Origin: a virus | Taxonomy: Duplodnaviria > Heunggongvirae > Uroviricota > Caudoviricetes | Reading direction: 5' to 3' (one strand) | DNA: 21,872 nucleotides | Virus record (IMG/VR): IMGVR_UViG_3300042391_000580 | Shown: positions 1-8,309 of the stretch, one piece after another | Layout of the letters: every line of letters begins with the position of its first letter | Numbering within the stretch: position 1 is the first letter of the stretch | Translations under genes and position numbers: made by a program | The notes under the pieces: generated by a model | What the model saw: the letters and a program-made list of their open reading frames with translations, nothing else | The model's database searches: none | Told to the model about the DNA's origin: nothing

Positions 1-1
1 A

Positions 2-3000
2 ATTTCTATTTGATACTCCAAAAGTTACTCCATTTTCAGTACTTTGATCTTCTTCTAGGTTTAATAAGTCATTTTGGTAACTATTAAATGGGTAGTTTGA
101 ATAGTATACTGTTTTTGTGTGTTCTTTGTATTTTCTCATATCATACAAAAGACCAGAAGCTACTACTCCTCTATCTAAAGAGATGTCTCCTCTGAATACT
201 TCATATCCTGATATTTTACTTCTATCACTTTGTGTCAACAATCCATTAACTACGGCTATGTCTAAAAATGCACTTATTAAGTTCTCATCTATTGTTATAC
301 CCAATGGAAATATCAAACTACTACCAAATGGGCTTTGTTGTTTATTTGACATAAACGGTGCTAAGTCATTGTCTGGGAATTTGAAATGTCTTATATTAGC
401 ACAAGTAAAGTTAGCATTATTATTTAAAATATAACTACCATTAGCTACAGCATCTACAAATATATCCTCAAATTTTGTTCTTATATCTATTGGTATTAAG
501 TTCTGAGGTATTACTAAATCTCTAGAGTCATAAAGTTCTGGATTATCTGGGTATGTTTCTTCACTCTCCCAATAAGCAAACTCTCCTTTTCTATATGGTA
601 CAGCATTGCAGCTTTGTACTACTGGCTGTTGAAAAGTACATGTCGCTGTAGCTATTATCTTTTTGTCAAATCTAATAGAATCCCAAGTTACATCTACTCT
701 ACTGTACTCTATATCTCTTTGAGTTACAGTATAACAGCTAGTTGTTGGCATGGATATGTACACTAATGCATTATTAGTATTAAAAAATGAAATATCTGTA
801 TCAATTGTTCTGCTTACTATTGGGCAATCTACTACTACATAATATTTTTTGCTTGTCAGCCACCCATTTGTTATAATTGGTGCTACTACTCCTAATGAAT
901 CTGTTATCTTTAAGCCATTTGGTGCTATACTTGAATCTTTTTCTAGAAGAAATGTCATTCCATCTGCTACTGTAATTATCTTTGAATAAATAGCTGTTGT
1001 GTCTGAGCAACTTTTGAATATAGAAACTCTTAGCTGTGTAACTGGACCTAATGTGTCTTGTGGTGGTGTTGCCTTATCTTTACTTATATCAAGTAAAAAT
1101 CTAGTTTTAGTTCCAATTTCTCCCTTGAACCAAAGTGCTCCTTTATGTATTTTATTAGTAAAGTTTCCAGATATTCCACCAATATGAGGTATTTTAGAAG
1201 TATATAAATTATTTACTGTTGAGCTTATGTAGTAGTTATTAAAAGATGCCGCATTATAATTATCATTAGCGTTTGCATAAGTAGCTATTGCTACAGGATA
1301 ATTACAATCTTCATTTTCAAAATCAGAGTCTCTTAATCTAACTGGGACTTCTTGGTTATTCCAAGTATCTTGTACTAATGTTCCTGGAGTAAATCCTAAT
1401 GGATTAGTTGGATCTTGTTGTGGTGTACCTGTTGTTGAGTTTGTCTTATATATAGTGCAGGTTTTTGGCATTTTTATCCTTAGATACTCAGAGGGGAATA
1501 CTTTTTCTATCTTTGTAGCCGCTTCATTTACAATATCTCCAACTACTACCTCTGTTTCTAATGTAGGTACATCACACTCTAACCCATCAAAAATATCTGT
1601 TTCACAACCTACTGCAGTGTAATTTCCATTTATTGCTGTACATATATCAGTTCCTTCGAATGCAACCGGGCAATCTGCTTTATGTTCTTCTATATACTGT
1701 GCTAATCCTACATATTCTGTTTCTTCTATATCTATAGAAAACATGTCTTGAGTTACATTATATACCCCTTCTACAATACAAGTTTTTGTTAAACTTTCTG
1801 TTACTGGTACTGTTTGTATATCTACTCCTTCACATATAGAACCTGGTTCAGAAAAAGCGGTGTTATAAAATTGCCATTTTTGATTTCTGTTTACTGAATT
1901 ACATGATTGTATGTTTTTTATTATCGAGTCTACATCATCATTTATACCATTGCCACTTTCATCTACTACTAGATCCTTTTCTCCTGGTATAGCAAATCTG
2001 CTTATTAATGGAAATAAAGCTGTTTCGTATCCTCCATCTAGAAAAAATCTTATAGATAATGGTACAACTTCGTCTCTATTATAGCCTAAAAACTTAGAGC
2101 TTAAGACTCCATTTTCATATAAGCTTTCAGGTGCCATGTGTGTTTGCCATTGTACAAACTCTCCTAATAAATTTATTACTGGCTGTAAGTTTATTTCTTT
2201 TTTTTGTGTAATTCCATATTGGAATAGTATATTATTAGAAGCTGTAAGTCCTTCTGCTTTTTCTATATTTAACTGATCTATTAATAGTTTATCAAAACTT
2301 GTAGCTACTTTATTTTGTTCCGTAGTATAAACTACAGTATTATCATTAATTGTGTGTAGACCTTCTATAAAATACCTAGATGCTCCCTCTATATCTGCTG
2401 TTTGTATTACAGCAACTTTGTAGTGAGAATAAGTCTTATCTAGGTCACTTACTTCTAGTCTTATGGCTAAATTTGTTCTACTTGCTAAGTCTTTTTGTTC
2501 TAGTATCCTATTGTTTTTATCAAATATTGATATTGGATTTGTTATAGAATAGTATGGTGATATTTCATTACCTGCTGCATCTGAATAAGCTATTAAAAAC
2601 TCATATACTCCCATTTGTAACCTGCCTCCTAGTTCTATAGTAGCTGGTTCAATCTTAGGTATATTAAAAAGTTTAAATATTCTTAACTCGTTGTAATTGA
2701 TACAAGGTGTAGTTACATTTACATCACAAGGTACATTTTGATCGTAGTATTTCCCATTATAAAGATCTGTGATATTTATGTGTCTTGGTGGATTATTATT
2801 ATCTGAAAAATATATATTTTTACCACATTTTTCATTTTTGATAACTATCTTTTTTATTGGGTAGTTTATATCAAAGTTAAATCCTGATCCAGGAACAAAA
2901 GGCATACAAAGATTAGTGTTAACGTCTAAGTATCCATCTGCATCTGTCAGGAGTGTGGTGTATGTTTGTAGTGGTAATTGTGTTAGTGTCTCTAATGGCT

Positions 3001-3370
3001 CCGCAAGTTGATTTGCTTTGTTACAGTTATCACAGTCTACTAATATATCTGATACATCATTTGTATTTTGATTATCCTCTATAACGCCAAATTCCCCTAC
3101 ATGTGTAGTGGGATTTACTAAGAAAAAGAATGTAGAGTTTGAGTCAATATCATTTTCAAACCCTATAACTTTAAACCCTAGTTTAAATTTAGAAGCTAGT
3201 ATATTAGACTTTTCGTTTGTTAAATTTAAGCTATTACCAGATTCGTTTTCTACGTTTGCATTATATGCATGTGTATATTGAACGTCTGTTAATTGCGAAG
3301 GGTGGGTGTCTTTTTCCATACCCGTCTTAGCAAAACTTAAATTTACTTTCTTATTCTGTTGTTGTGCCAT
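2..3370 (-). CDS. crAss-like tail stabilisation / muzzle protein (partial, >1123 aa, continues past left edge)
   Basis: Not in the ORF track. Manual translation from ATG at 3370 gives MAQQQNKKVNLSFAKTGMEKDTHPSQLTDVQYTHAYNANVENESG... with no stop found through ...YSNYPFNSYQNDLLNLEEDQSTENGVTFGVSNRN at base 2; the frame agrees at both ends. Starts 11 nt after the stop of the 287 aa gene. Function is inferred from size, position after the tail tubular gene, and recalled motifs (GM.KD at the N-terminus; W..YNTA; GEFAYWES.E.YP). Confidence 0.8.
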   Translation of the reverse strand, partial: MAQQQNKKVNLSFAKTGMEKDTHPSQLTDVQYTHAYNANVENESGNSLNLTNEKSNILASKFKLGFKVIGFENDIDSNSTFFFLVNPTTHVGEFGVIEDNQNTNDVSDILVDCDNCNKANQLAEPLETLTQLPLQTYTTLLTDADGYLDVNTNLCMPFVPGSGFNFDINYPIKKIVIKNEKCGKNIYFSDNNNPPRHINITDLYNGKYYDQNVPCDVNVTTPCINYNELRIFKLFNIPKIEPATIELGGRLQMGVYEFLIAYSDAAGNEISPYYSITNPISIFDKNNRILEQKDLASRTNLAIRLEVSDLDKTYSHYKVAVIQTADIEGASRYFIEGLHTINDNTVVYTTEQNKVATSFDKLLIDQLNIEKAEGLTASNNILFQYGITQKKEINLQPVINLLGEFVQWQTHMAPESLYENGVLSSKFLGYNRDEVVPLSIRFFLDGGYETALFPLISRFAIPGEKDLVVDESGNGINDDVDSIIKNIQSCNSVNRNQKWQFYNTAFSEPGSICEGVDIQTVPVTESLTKTCIVEGVYNVTQDMFSIDIEETEYVGLAQYIEEHKADCPVAFEGTDICTAINGNYTAVGCETDIFDGLECDVPTLETEVVVGDIVNEAATKIEKVFPSEYLRIKMPKTCTIYKTNSTTGTPQQDPTNPLGFTPGTLVQDTWNNQEVPVRLRDSDFENEDCNYPVAIATYANANDNYNAASFNNYYISSTVNNLYTSKIPHIGGISGNFTNKIHKGALWFKGEIGTKTRFLLDISKDKATPPQDTLGPVTQLRVSIFKSCSDTTAIYSKIITVADGMTFLLEKDSSIAPNGLKITDSLGVVAPIITNGWLTSKKYYVVVDCPIVSRTIDTDISFFNTNNALVYISMPTTSCYTVTQRDIEYSRVDVTWDSIRFDKKIIATATCTFQQPVVQSCNAVPYRKGEFAYWESEETYPDNPELYDSRDLVIPQNLIPIDIRTKFEDIFVDAVANGSYILNNNANFTCANIRHFKFPDNDLAPFMSNKQQSPFGSSLIFPLGITIDENLISAFLDIAVVNGLLTQSDRSKISGYEVFRGDISLDRGVVASGLLYDMRKYKEHTKTVYYSNYPFNSYQNDLLNLEEDQSTENGVTFGVSNRN

Positions 3371-3381
3371 TATGGTTTTTC

Positions 3382-4245
3382 TTATAAGTTAGGAAACATT
3401 CTTTCGAATCTGTTTGTCTCTTGGATCATTTTCATCTTTAGCTTATCCTGCCAGTTTCTCCCAAGACCTTCGAATTTAACCTGCGTCATTGCAAGCCCAA
3501 AGTATTCTCTTTCTTGTTGTTTTATATAAGTTAGTTTATTTATTAGATTAACATCATCGTCATTCATCCATAAACCCTCTAATATTTTTCTCTTTACAAA
3601 GTACATCAAGTACTCTTGTAAACTTACTACATCCGGTATATAAAGGTCCCCAGTTTCGTCTGATGGGATTGCGTTATACTGCATGTATATGTGGCCCTTC
3701 TTAAAGTTAGCTTGTATCTTATTGCCAAGGATGTTTATTTCATGCTCTGCAGAGTTTGTAAGCTGCTTTTGTAGGTTCTTGCAACCTGGACTGCAATATT
3801 CTTTTTTTATGCCCTTAGTAAGCTTTAAAATAATTGGGTTTGTATATCTAAAGTTTATAACAGTATTGTTATAGTACTTTTTCTCAATGATTTCTTTATA
3901 GCTTGTCTTTGTATGTGAATTAGATTGATTATCCCAAGTATAGGTATTCTCTATCTTTTGTGTGTAGTATTGTGAATCTTGTACGTCTTGTCTTGTACCT
4001 TTTTCAAACTCGTGGCTATCTTCTGTACATTTTACAGCTAAGTGTAAACTCCAAAAATCTTCTGGTAAATCAACTTGGCCATTCTCTACTTCTAATACTT
4101 TTTCTGTAAGTGTAGTAATGTTAGCACCAAATCTTTTTAGTTCACTTTTTATCCATAGATTAACTGACCTATAATCTATAAGTCCAGCTTCATCATATTG
4201 TCTTAGGTCTGAAAGTATTTCTGCTATTAGCTGCTTTCTAGTCAT
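3382..4245 (-). CDS. crAss-like tail tubular / ring protein (287 aa)
   Basis: ORF track; A-rich leader. Sits between the IHF-like gene and the muzzle gene, the canonical crAss-like order. Helical N-terminus (KQLIAEILSDLRQY) and C-terminal L.EYL..F.KRKILE.LW segment fit ring/adaptor proteins. Function is inferred. Confidence 0.7.
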   Translation of the reverse strand: MTRKQLIAEILSDLRQYDEAGLIDYRSVNLWIKSELKRFGANITTLTEKVLEVENGQVDLPEDFWSLHLAVKCTEDSHEFEKGTRQDVQDSQYYTQKIENTYTWDNQSNSHTKTSYKEIIEKKYYNNTVINFRYTNPIILKLTKGIKKEYCSPGCKNLQKQLTNSAEHEINILGNKIQANFKKGHIYMQYNAIPSDETGDLYIPDVVSLQEYLMYFVKRKILEGLWMNDDDVNLINKLTYIKQQEREYFGLAMTQVKFEGLGRNWQDKLKMKMIQETNRFERMFPNL

Positions 4246-4254
4246 AGTTTTTTA

Positions 4255-4797
4255 TTATAAGTCATTACCTTTTTTCCTTGCTTTTCCAAAAAATAATGAT
4301 GCGTTAAATGTATATTTTTTACCTGCTTTCAAACTGTCACATAATGCTTTTTTTACCTTTCTTGAAAAGCTGTAATCAAATACCCATGTCTTGAATATGT
4401 TATCTGATTCTATAGGAACAAAAGCTATGTTGTATATTTTATTGTCTGTTCTAGGGTTAAGTTTTATCGAACCATCTTTTGGGTTATGTGAACTTCTATT
4501 GTCCATCTCTTGTATTATTCCGAAATAACCAAGGCCGTCTACAAATACCCCTCCTGATGTCGATGTTATTTTTTCTCCTACTATCTCATAGAACTTAGAT
4601 ATTATTTTGCCATGCTCTATGTAGTTTTGAACGTCTTCTAAGTTTGCTAATTTAGAGTTGTCTCTATAATACTGATAAGCTTTATAGTCTCTTAACGAAA
4701 AGCTGCCTCCAAGATCCCCTATAGATTTTTTTCTTCCTCTGTTTCTAAAAATGTACTTGAAGGCTTCCTTAGTAAATGGTTTACTAGGTTTCCTCAT
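4255..4797 (-). CDS. HU/IHF-like DNA-binding protein (180 aa)
   Basis: Basic protein with GGVFVDGLGYFGI, resembling the V.l.gfG.F beta-arm entry of the HU/IHF fold. IHF-like genes are known in this position in crAss-like structural modules. Confidence 0.6.
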   Translation of the reverse strand: MRKPSKPFTKEAFKYIFRNRGRKKSIGDLGGSFSLRDYKAYQYYRDNSKLANLEDVQNYIEHGKIISKFYEIVGEKITSTSGGVFVDGLGYFGIIQEMDNRSSHNPKDGSIKLNPRTDNKIYNIAFVPIESDNIFKTWVFDYSFSRKVKKALCDSLKAGKKYTFNASLFFGKARKKGNDL

Positions 4798-4799
4798 AT

Positions 4800-5468
4800 C
4801 TATTTCTCGTTATTGTTTAGATTAGGGTTTTCGTCAGCCGGTACCTGTTTTTTCATAGCTACCTCTTTTACTGTCTCTGCTATTATCAGCTCTTCTAGTT
4901 TATCTGGTACTATAAATTCATAGTCCCATAGGCTTTTACATCCTGGTGTACTACAAGCAGAAACATTATCAATATCATCTAAATCTAATGTTAAAAGATA
5001 TAAGTTTACTATTTCTATCTCTGTGTCGATTAGGTATAAGTACCCATCCTTTACATAATAGTTTATATAGTCTGTTCCTGATACTCTATTTTTATCCCTT
5101 CTGTATTGTGAAGGTGTAGTTGGCTTAAACTCTTTTTCTTCATCTACAGTAGTCACTTCTTTTAGTGTGCTACCATATCTGCTATAAATAAGTTTAGGCA
5201 GTTTCTTTTTTGATTTCATTATAGAATTGCATTTTCTAAATTCTATAATATCACATTTTACAGCTTCAATTCTTTCTAATTCGAAACAATCTAGCGTTTT
5301 ATAAATGTTATCTTCTCTAAATAAGCTTCTATCATTAAGTTTTTGAGATATGTAAAACATAGATTTTTGTTTACCTACATGTAGGATATATCTACGTGAA
5401 ATCCTATCATCCTTAGATAATGCGTTTAGCCCATTTATTACTCTTGATGTAAATTCTGAATTAGTCAC
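4800..5468 (-). CDS. crAss-like tail ring protein (222 aa from a GTG start)
   Basis: The ORF track starts this gene at 5585, but the first 39 aa (MVFLFFLLGEKGLRPLFFF...) are translated terminator and promoter DNA. An in-frame GTG at 5468 with an A-rich leader gives (M)TNSEFTSRVINGLNALSKDDRISRRYIL... ending in P.DENPN. The ring assignment comes from gene order and recalled motifs. Confidence 0.7.
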   Translation of the reverse strand: MTNSEFTSRVINGLNALSKDDRISRRYILHVGKQKSMFYISQKLNDRSLFREDNIYKTLDCFELERIEAVKCDIIEFRKCNSIMKSKKKLPKLIYSRYGSTLKEVTTVDEEKEFKPTTPSQYRRDKNRVSGTDYINYYVKDGYLYLIDTEIEIVNLYLLTLDLDDIDNVSACSTPGCKSLWDYEFIVPDKLEELIIAETVKEVAMKKQVPADENPNLNNNEK

Positions 5469-5488
5469 TTTTGTACGGTTTAAGTTTA

Positions 5489-5520
5489 CAAAATTAGTAA
5501 AAATTTTTATGTTTACCAAA
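5489..5520 (-). promoter_or_regulatory. Bacteroidota housekeeping-sigma promoter (-33/-7)
   Basis: Minus strand reads TTTG (5520-5517), a 20 nt spacer, then TAATTTTG (5496-5489). This matches the established consensus TTTG-N19-21-TAnnTTTG. It lies just downstream of a terminator and 20 nt upstream of the GTG at 5468. Confidence 0.75.
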
Positions 5521-5526
5521 TTAGTT

Positions 5527-5555
5527 AAAAAAAAGAAAAGGGGCCGAAGCCCCTT
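5527..5555 (-). terminator. Intrinsic terminator with cUUCGg tetraloop
   Basis: Minus strand AAGGGGC-TTCG-GCCCCTT (perfect 7 bp stem, 5555-5538) followed by TTCTTTTTTTT; about 50 nt downstream of the 92 aa gene stop. Confidence 0.9.
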
Positions 5556-5567
5556 CTCACCCAACAG

Positions 5568-5594
5568 AAAAAAGAGGAAAACCAAAAACCTCTT
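5568..5594 (-). terminator. Weaker upstream hairpin, possible tandem terminator
   Basis: Minus strand AAGAGG-TTTTTGGTTTT-CCTCTT-TTTT: 6 bp stem, 11 nt loop, short U tract. Confidence 0.4.
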
Positions 5595-5606
5595 ATCGTT
5601 AATATT

Positions 5607-5885
5607 TTATTTTGGTGAATCAAACAATGCAACTGATGCTGCTATGCCTGTCATGTCCCTTACTCCCCAGTAGTCTTTAAGCAAAACTAGTCTTAGATGT
5701 GAGACTTTTCTTTCAAAGTCATCTAATCTTGTTTGCGGTTGTCCTCCTTTTAATATTTCAGTGTACTCACTATCTAAGTGTGTCTTTAAGACCAATAAGT
5801 TGTTATACTCATTGTCTACTTCTGGTTGTGTTTTTATTGGTATATTCATAACTACCCCGTCTATTATTACTTCTCTTGTTTCCAT
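5607..5885 (-). CDS. Hypothetical protein (92 aa), possible fibre chaperone
   Basis: ORF track; starts 2 nt after the stop of the 673 aa fibre gene and is last in the fibre island. Looks mostly helical. The chaperone role is positional inference only. Confidence 0.5.
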   Translation of the reverse strand: METREVIIDGVVMNIPIKTQPEVDNEYNNLLVLKTHLDSEYTEILKGGQPQTRLDDFERKVSHLRLVLLKDYWGVRDMTGIAASVALFDSPK

Positions 5886-5887
5886 AT

Positions 5888-7909
5888 CTATGCTAATAAG
5901 ATTTTTACTGGTACTCCGTTAATTACTACATTCCATACTTTTGTGGAAGTGTTTGTTTCTGTTACTATTGCCCCTGCTGGGGATGCTGCTGAACCAACTA
6001 CAAATTGATTACTTCCTGTTGCTCCTGCAAATGCTCCTAATACTACACAATCACTAAAATCTGTTGCTGATGCAAAGTGTCCTATTACTGTGTTTCTATC
6101 TCCAATAACGCTGGTCCACATTGCTCTACTTCCAATTGCTATATTTGCAAAGTTTGCTGCTCCTTGCCCAGCTGCCCCAAAGCCAATACCTATATTTTCA
6201 GAGCCGTTTGTTGTAGCTGCTAGTGCTGAGTCTCCAACTGCAACATTCCAGTTTCCGTCTGTTAATTGTGATATAGCTGACGATCCTATGGCTGTGTTTC
6301 CTGTTCCTATACCTACTGGCGGTGATCCAGGAAAACCATTTCCACCTCCCCACGCAGCTGCATTACCCATAGCTGTATTGAAGCTTGCGTCTACTCCAGC
6401 TAAAGCTAGGAAACCATTGCCTACTGATCCGTCTTTTGTTTGATATATTAGGGTACCATTACCTATTGCATGGTTTTGTGCCCCTATAGTATTAAATTGA
6501 AGTGCTGCAAAACCAAGTGCCATATTTTCATGTCCGGTTGTTGTTAACTGTGCTGCTCTAAAACCAACTGCTACATTATGACCTTGTTGACCAGAATTGT
6601 GAGAGAGTAGAGCTTGAAAACCAGCTGCTACATTTGTGTAGTTGTTTCCTCCACCTCTACCAACAGTCAGTAAGTTTACTTGTATATCTCCATTAACGTC
6701 TAAGATTTTAGCTGGTGTTGGTACACCTATTCCTACAAATCCTGCTGGAGTTATAAGAACTTTCTCAGAACCGTTTGTAAAAAATCTTATTGGGTTAGCC
6801 CCGGCTTGGCTTATTATCAATCCATTTGTCTTTTCAGAACTAGAGTTTACCCAGCTTGTAGAAGGCCAAGATGCGTGTGTAGAAGGGTAACTTCTTAAGT
6901 CAATACCTCCTTCACCAGTATTGCTAAATGCTCCTGTAAATGAGTAAGCTGCTGTACCTGTATTTGTATTTCTTGACACTATACCGTCTGCTGCATTTGT
7001 GTTTGCATCTACAACAAGTTTAGCAGTAGGGTTTATATTATTAATACCTACGTTTGTGCCGTTATCAAATATAGAAGAGTTCCCTAATGTATGAATGCCT
7101 GTAAATTTAGATACATAGTTTACTGTACCTGTTGCTTCTGCTAAATTAGCTGATAATGTAATATCAATGTCACTAATTCCTTCAGTTACTGTTACTCTAG
7201 AGTCTGTAGATTTTATTTTTCTTAGTAGAAAGACTTCACTATTTCCTAAAAAAGCTGATGATTTATACACTGAAGCTCCAGTTCCATCATTATTTATAGA
7301 GTACGTATACTGATTATTTTTTACAAATTGCTCTAACAATGTATCGTCTAGATCTAAAGAGATGTCTGATGCATTTTCAGATACTAATAATTTAAGATCA
7401 GATGAGTTTATCTTTCTAAAGTTAAAAGTTACATTATTACCAACTGTAGTTGAATTTTTATATGAGCTAGACCCTGTACCAATATTAGCTGCAGCATATG
7501 TAATTTGATTAGCTTGTACAAATTGCCCTAGTACCGTAGTATTTATGCCTATTTCAACTTCTTTATTGTCTGTAGATAATCCTACAGTTAGTATTGTATT
7601 TGTAGGTGTTATAGATCTTATTTCTTTTCTTCCTATTCCATCAACTCCTTTATATACTCTGGTACCTGCTCCTACACTTATAAGACTAAATGAATTTGCT
7701 AGTTGGGTTGATAAGTCACAAAGATATGTGTCAAGTTGAGAGAAAGCTTCTGTCATAAGAGTTCCTCCTAATATTTCTGTACATGGTAAGTCTTCACCAG
7801 TATACTGTATGCAATCTGTACTTAAGTCTTTTATAGGACAAGCACAGTCATTTGGTACACAACTAGAACAAACCGAACTAGTTGTTATTGTATTTCCGCA
7901 GTTACACAT
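5888..7909 (-). CDS. Tail fibre/spike-like protein with Cys-rich N-terminus and NxAxG beta-roll repeats (673 aa)
   Basis: 9 Cys in the first 64 aa; three G.G..(V/S)YK...R.I.(S/P) repeats; VGIN/VGIG..P...L.V stalk motifs; about 12 NxAxG-type repeats at ~17 aa period; C-terminal WNVVINGVPVKILLA. Confidence 0.75.
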   Translation of the reverse strand: MCNCGNTITTSSVCSSCVPNDCACPIKDLSTDCIQYTGEDLPCTEILGGTLMTEAFSQLDTYLCDLSTQLANSFSLISVGAGTRVYKGVDGIGRKEIRSITPTNTILTVGLSTDNKEVEIGINTTVLGQFVQANQITYAAANIGTGSSSYKNSTTVGNNVTFNFRKINSSDLKLLVSENASDISLDLDDTLLEQFVKNNQYTYSINNDGTGASVYKSSAFLGNSEVFLLRKIKSTDSRVTVTEGISDIDITLSANLAEATGTVNYVSKFTGIHTLGNSSIFDNGTNVGINNINPTAKLVVDANTNAADGIVSRNTNTGTAAYSFTGAFSNTGEGGIDLRSYPSTHASWPSTSWVNSSSEKTNGLIISQAGANPIRFFTNGSEKVLITPAGFVGIGVPTPAKILDVNGDIQVNLLTVGRGGGNNYTNVAAGFQALLSHNSGQQGHNVAVGFRAAQLTTTGHENMALGFAALQFNTIGAQNHAIGNGTLIYQTKDGSVGNGFLALAGVDASFNTAMGNAAAWGGGNGFPGSPPVGIGTGNTAIGSSAISQLTDGNWNVAVGDSALAATTNGSENIGIGFGAAGQGAANFANIAIGSRAMWTSVIGDRNTVIGHFASATDFSDCVVLGAFAGATGSNQFVVGSAASPAGAIVTETNTSTKVWNVVINGVPVKILLA
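6030..6636 (-). repeat. ~12 x ~17 aa NxAxG..A repeats in the 673 aa protein
   Basis: NVAAG, NVAVG, NMALG, NHAIG, SVGNG, NTAMG, NTAIG, NVAVG, NIGIG, NIAIG, NTVIG, CVVLG at spacings of 15-19 aa, with one 27 aa step. Boundaries approximate. Confidence 0.85.
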
Positions 7910-7938
7910 TTTTTATGTTTTTTTAGTTATTAATATTT

Positions 7939-8307
7939 TTATGGACAACAGTTTGTTTGGATGTCTACTACGTCTAATTGAAGTTGAGCTACTATACCTT
8001 GTAAAGTTATAATATCTGTTTGTGCAGTTAGCATTGCATTTTGTAAGTCTAAGACTTGTCCTTGTAACGCTAGTATTTGAGCTGCTTGAACTGCGTTCTC
8101 TTCTTCTAGTTGTGTTGTTCTAGTATTATTACTCTGTAGAGATAATACCATAGCTTGTATGACTGCTGTTAAATCTTCATTTGGGTCTATAAACAAGTAT
8201 GTAATAGCTTCTGGATAGAATATACAGTTTGTTGATGTATGTACTCCACCACAAGGATCTACTTGTTGGTTTAGTATCGGTATGTTTGTTTGGCTACATG
8301 TTCCCAT
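7939..8307 (-). CDS. Cys-motif plus coiled-coil structural protein (122 aa)
   Basis: N-terminal C-x8-C-I-F-Y motif, a long heptad-like Q/L-rich helix (RTTQLEEENAVQAAQILALQGQVLDLQNAM...), and C-terminal NCCP. Confidence 0.65.
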   Translation of the reverse strand: MGTCSQTNIPILNQQVDPCGGVHTSTNCIFYPEAITYLFIDPNEDLTAVIQAMVLSLQSNNTRTTQLEEENAVQAAQILALQGQVLDLQNAMLTAQTDIITLQGIVAQLQLDVVDIQTNCCP

Positions 8308-8309
8308 AA

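Noticed and set aside
801-1010. 69 aa minus-strand ORF
   Set aside because: Nested out of frame inside the continuous muzzle reading frame, with no supporting signals.
2198-2205. A8 run in the muzzle gene as a frameshift or phase-variation site
   Set aside because: The frame is intact, runs of this length are expected in AT-rich DNA, and no stimulatory structure or useful alternative frame is evident.
5538-5555. TTCG hairpin as part of a tRNA or other ncRNA
   Set aside because: No cloverleaf context. The position after a stop codon and the U tract fit a terminator.
5469-5585. ATG start at 5585 for the ring gene (261 aa version)
   Set aside because: The extension runs through two hairpins, a U tract and a consensus promoter and encodes low-complexity F/L-rich sequence. 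GTG at 5468 fits better.
4795-5890. Identical TAGATATG stop-start junction at 4795-4802 and 5883-5890
   Set aside because: Only 8 nt, six of them fixed by the stop and start codons; plausibly chance.
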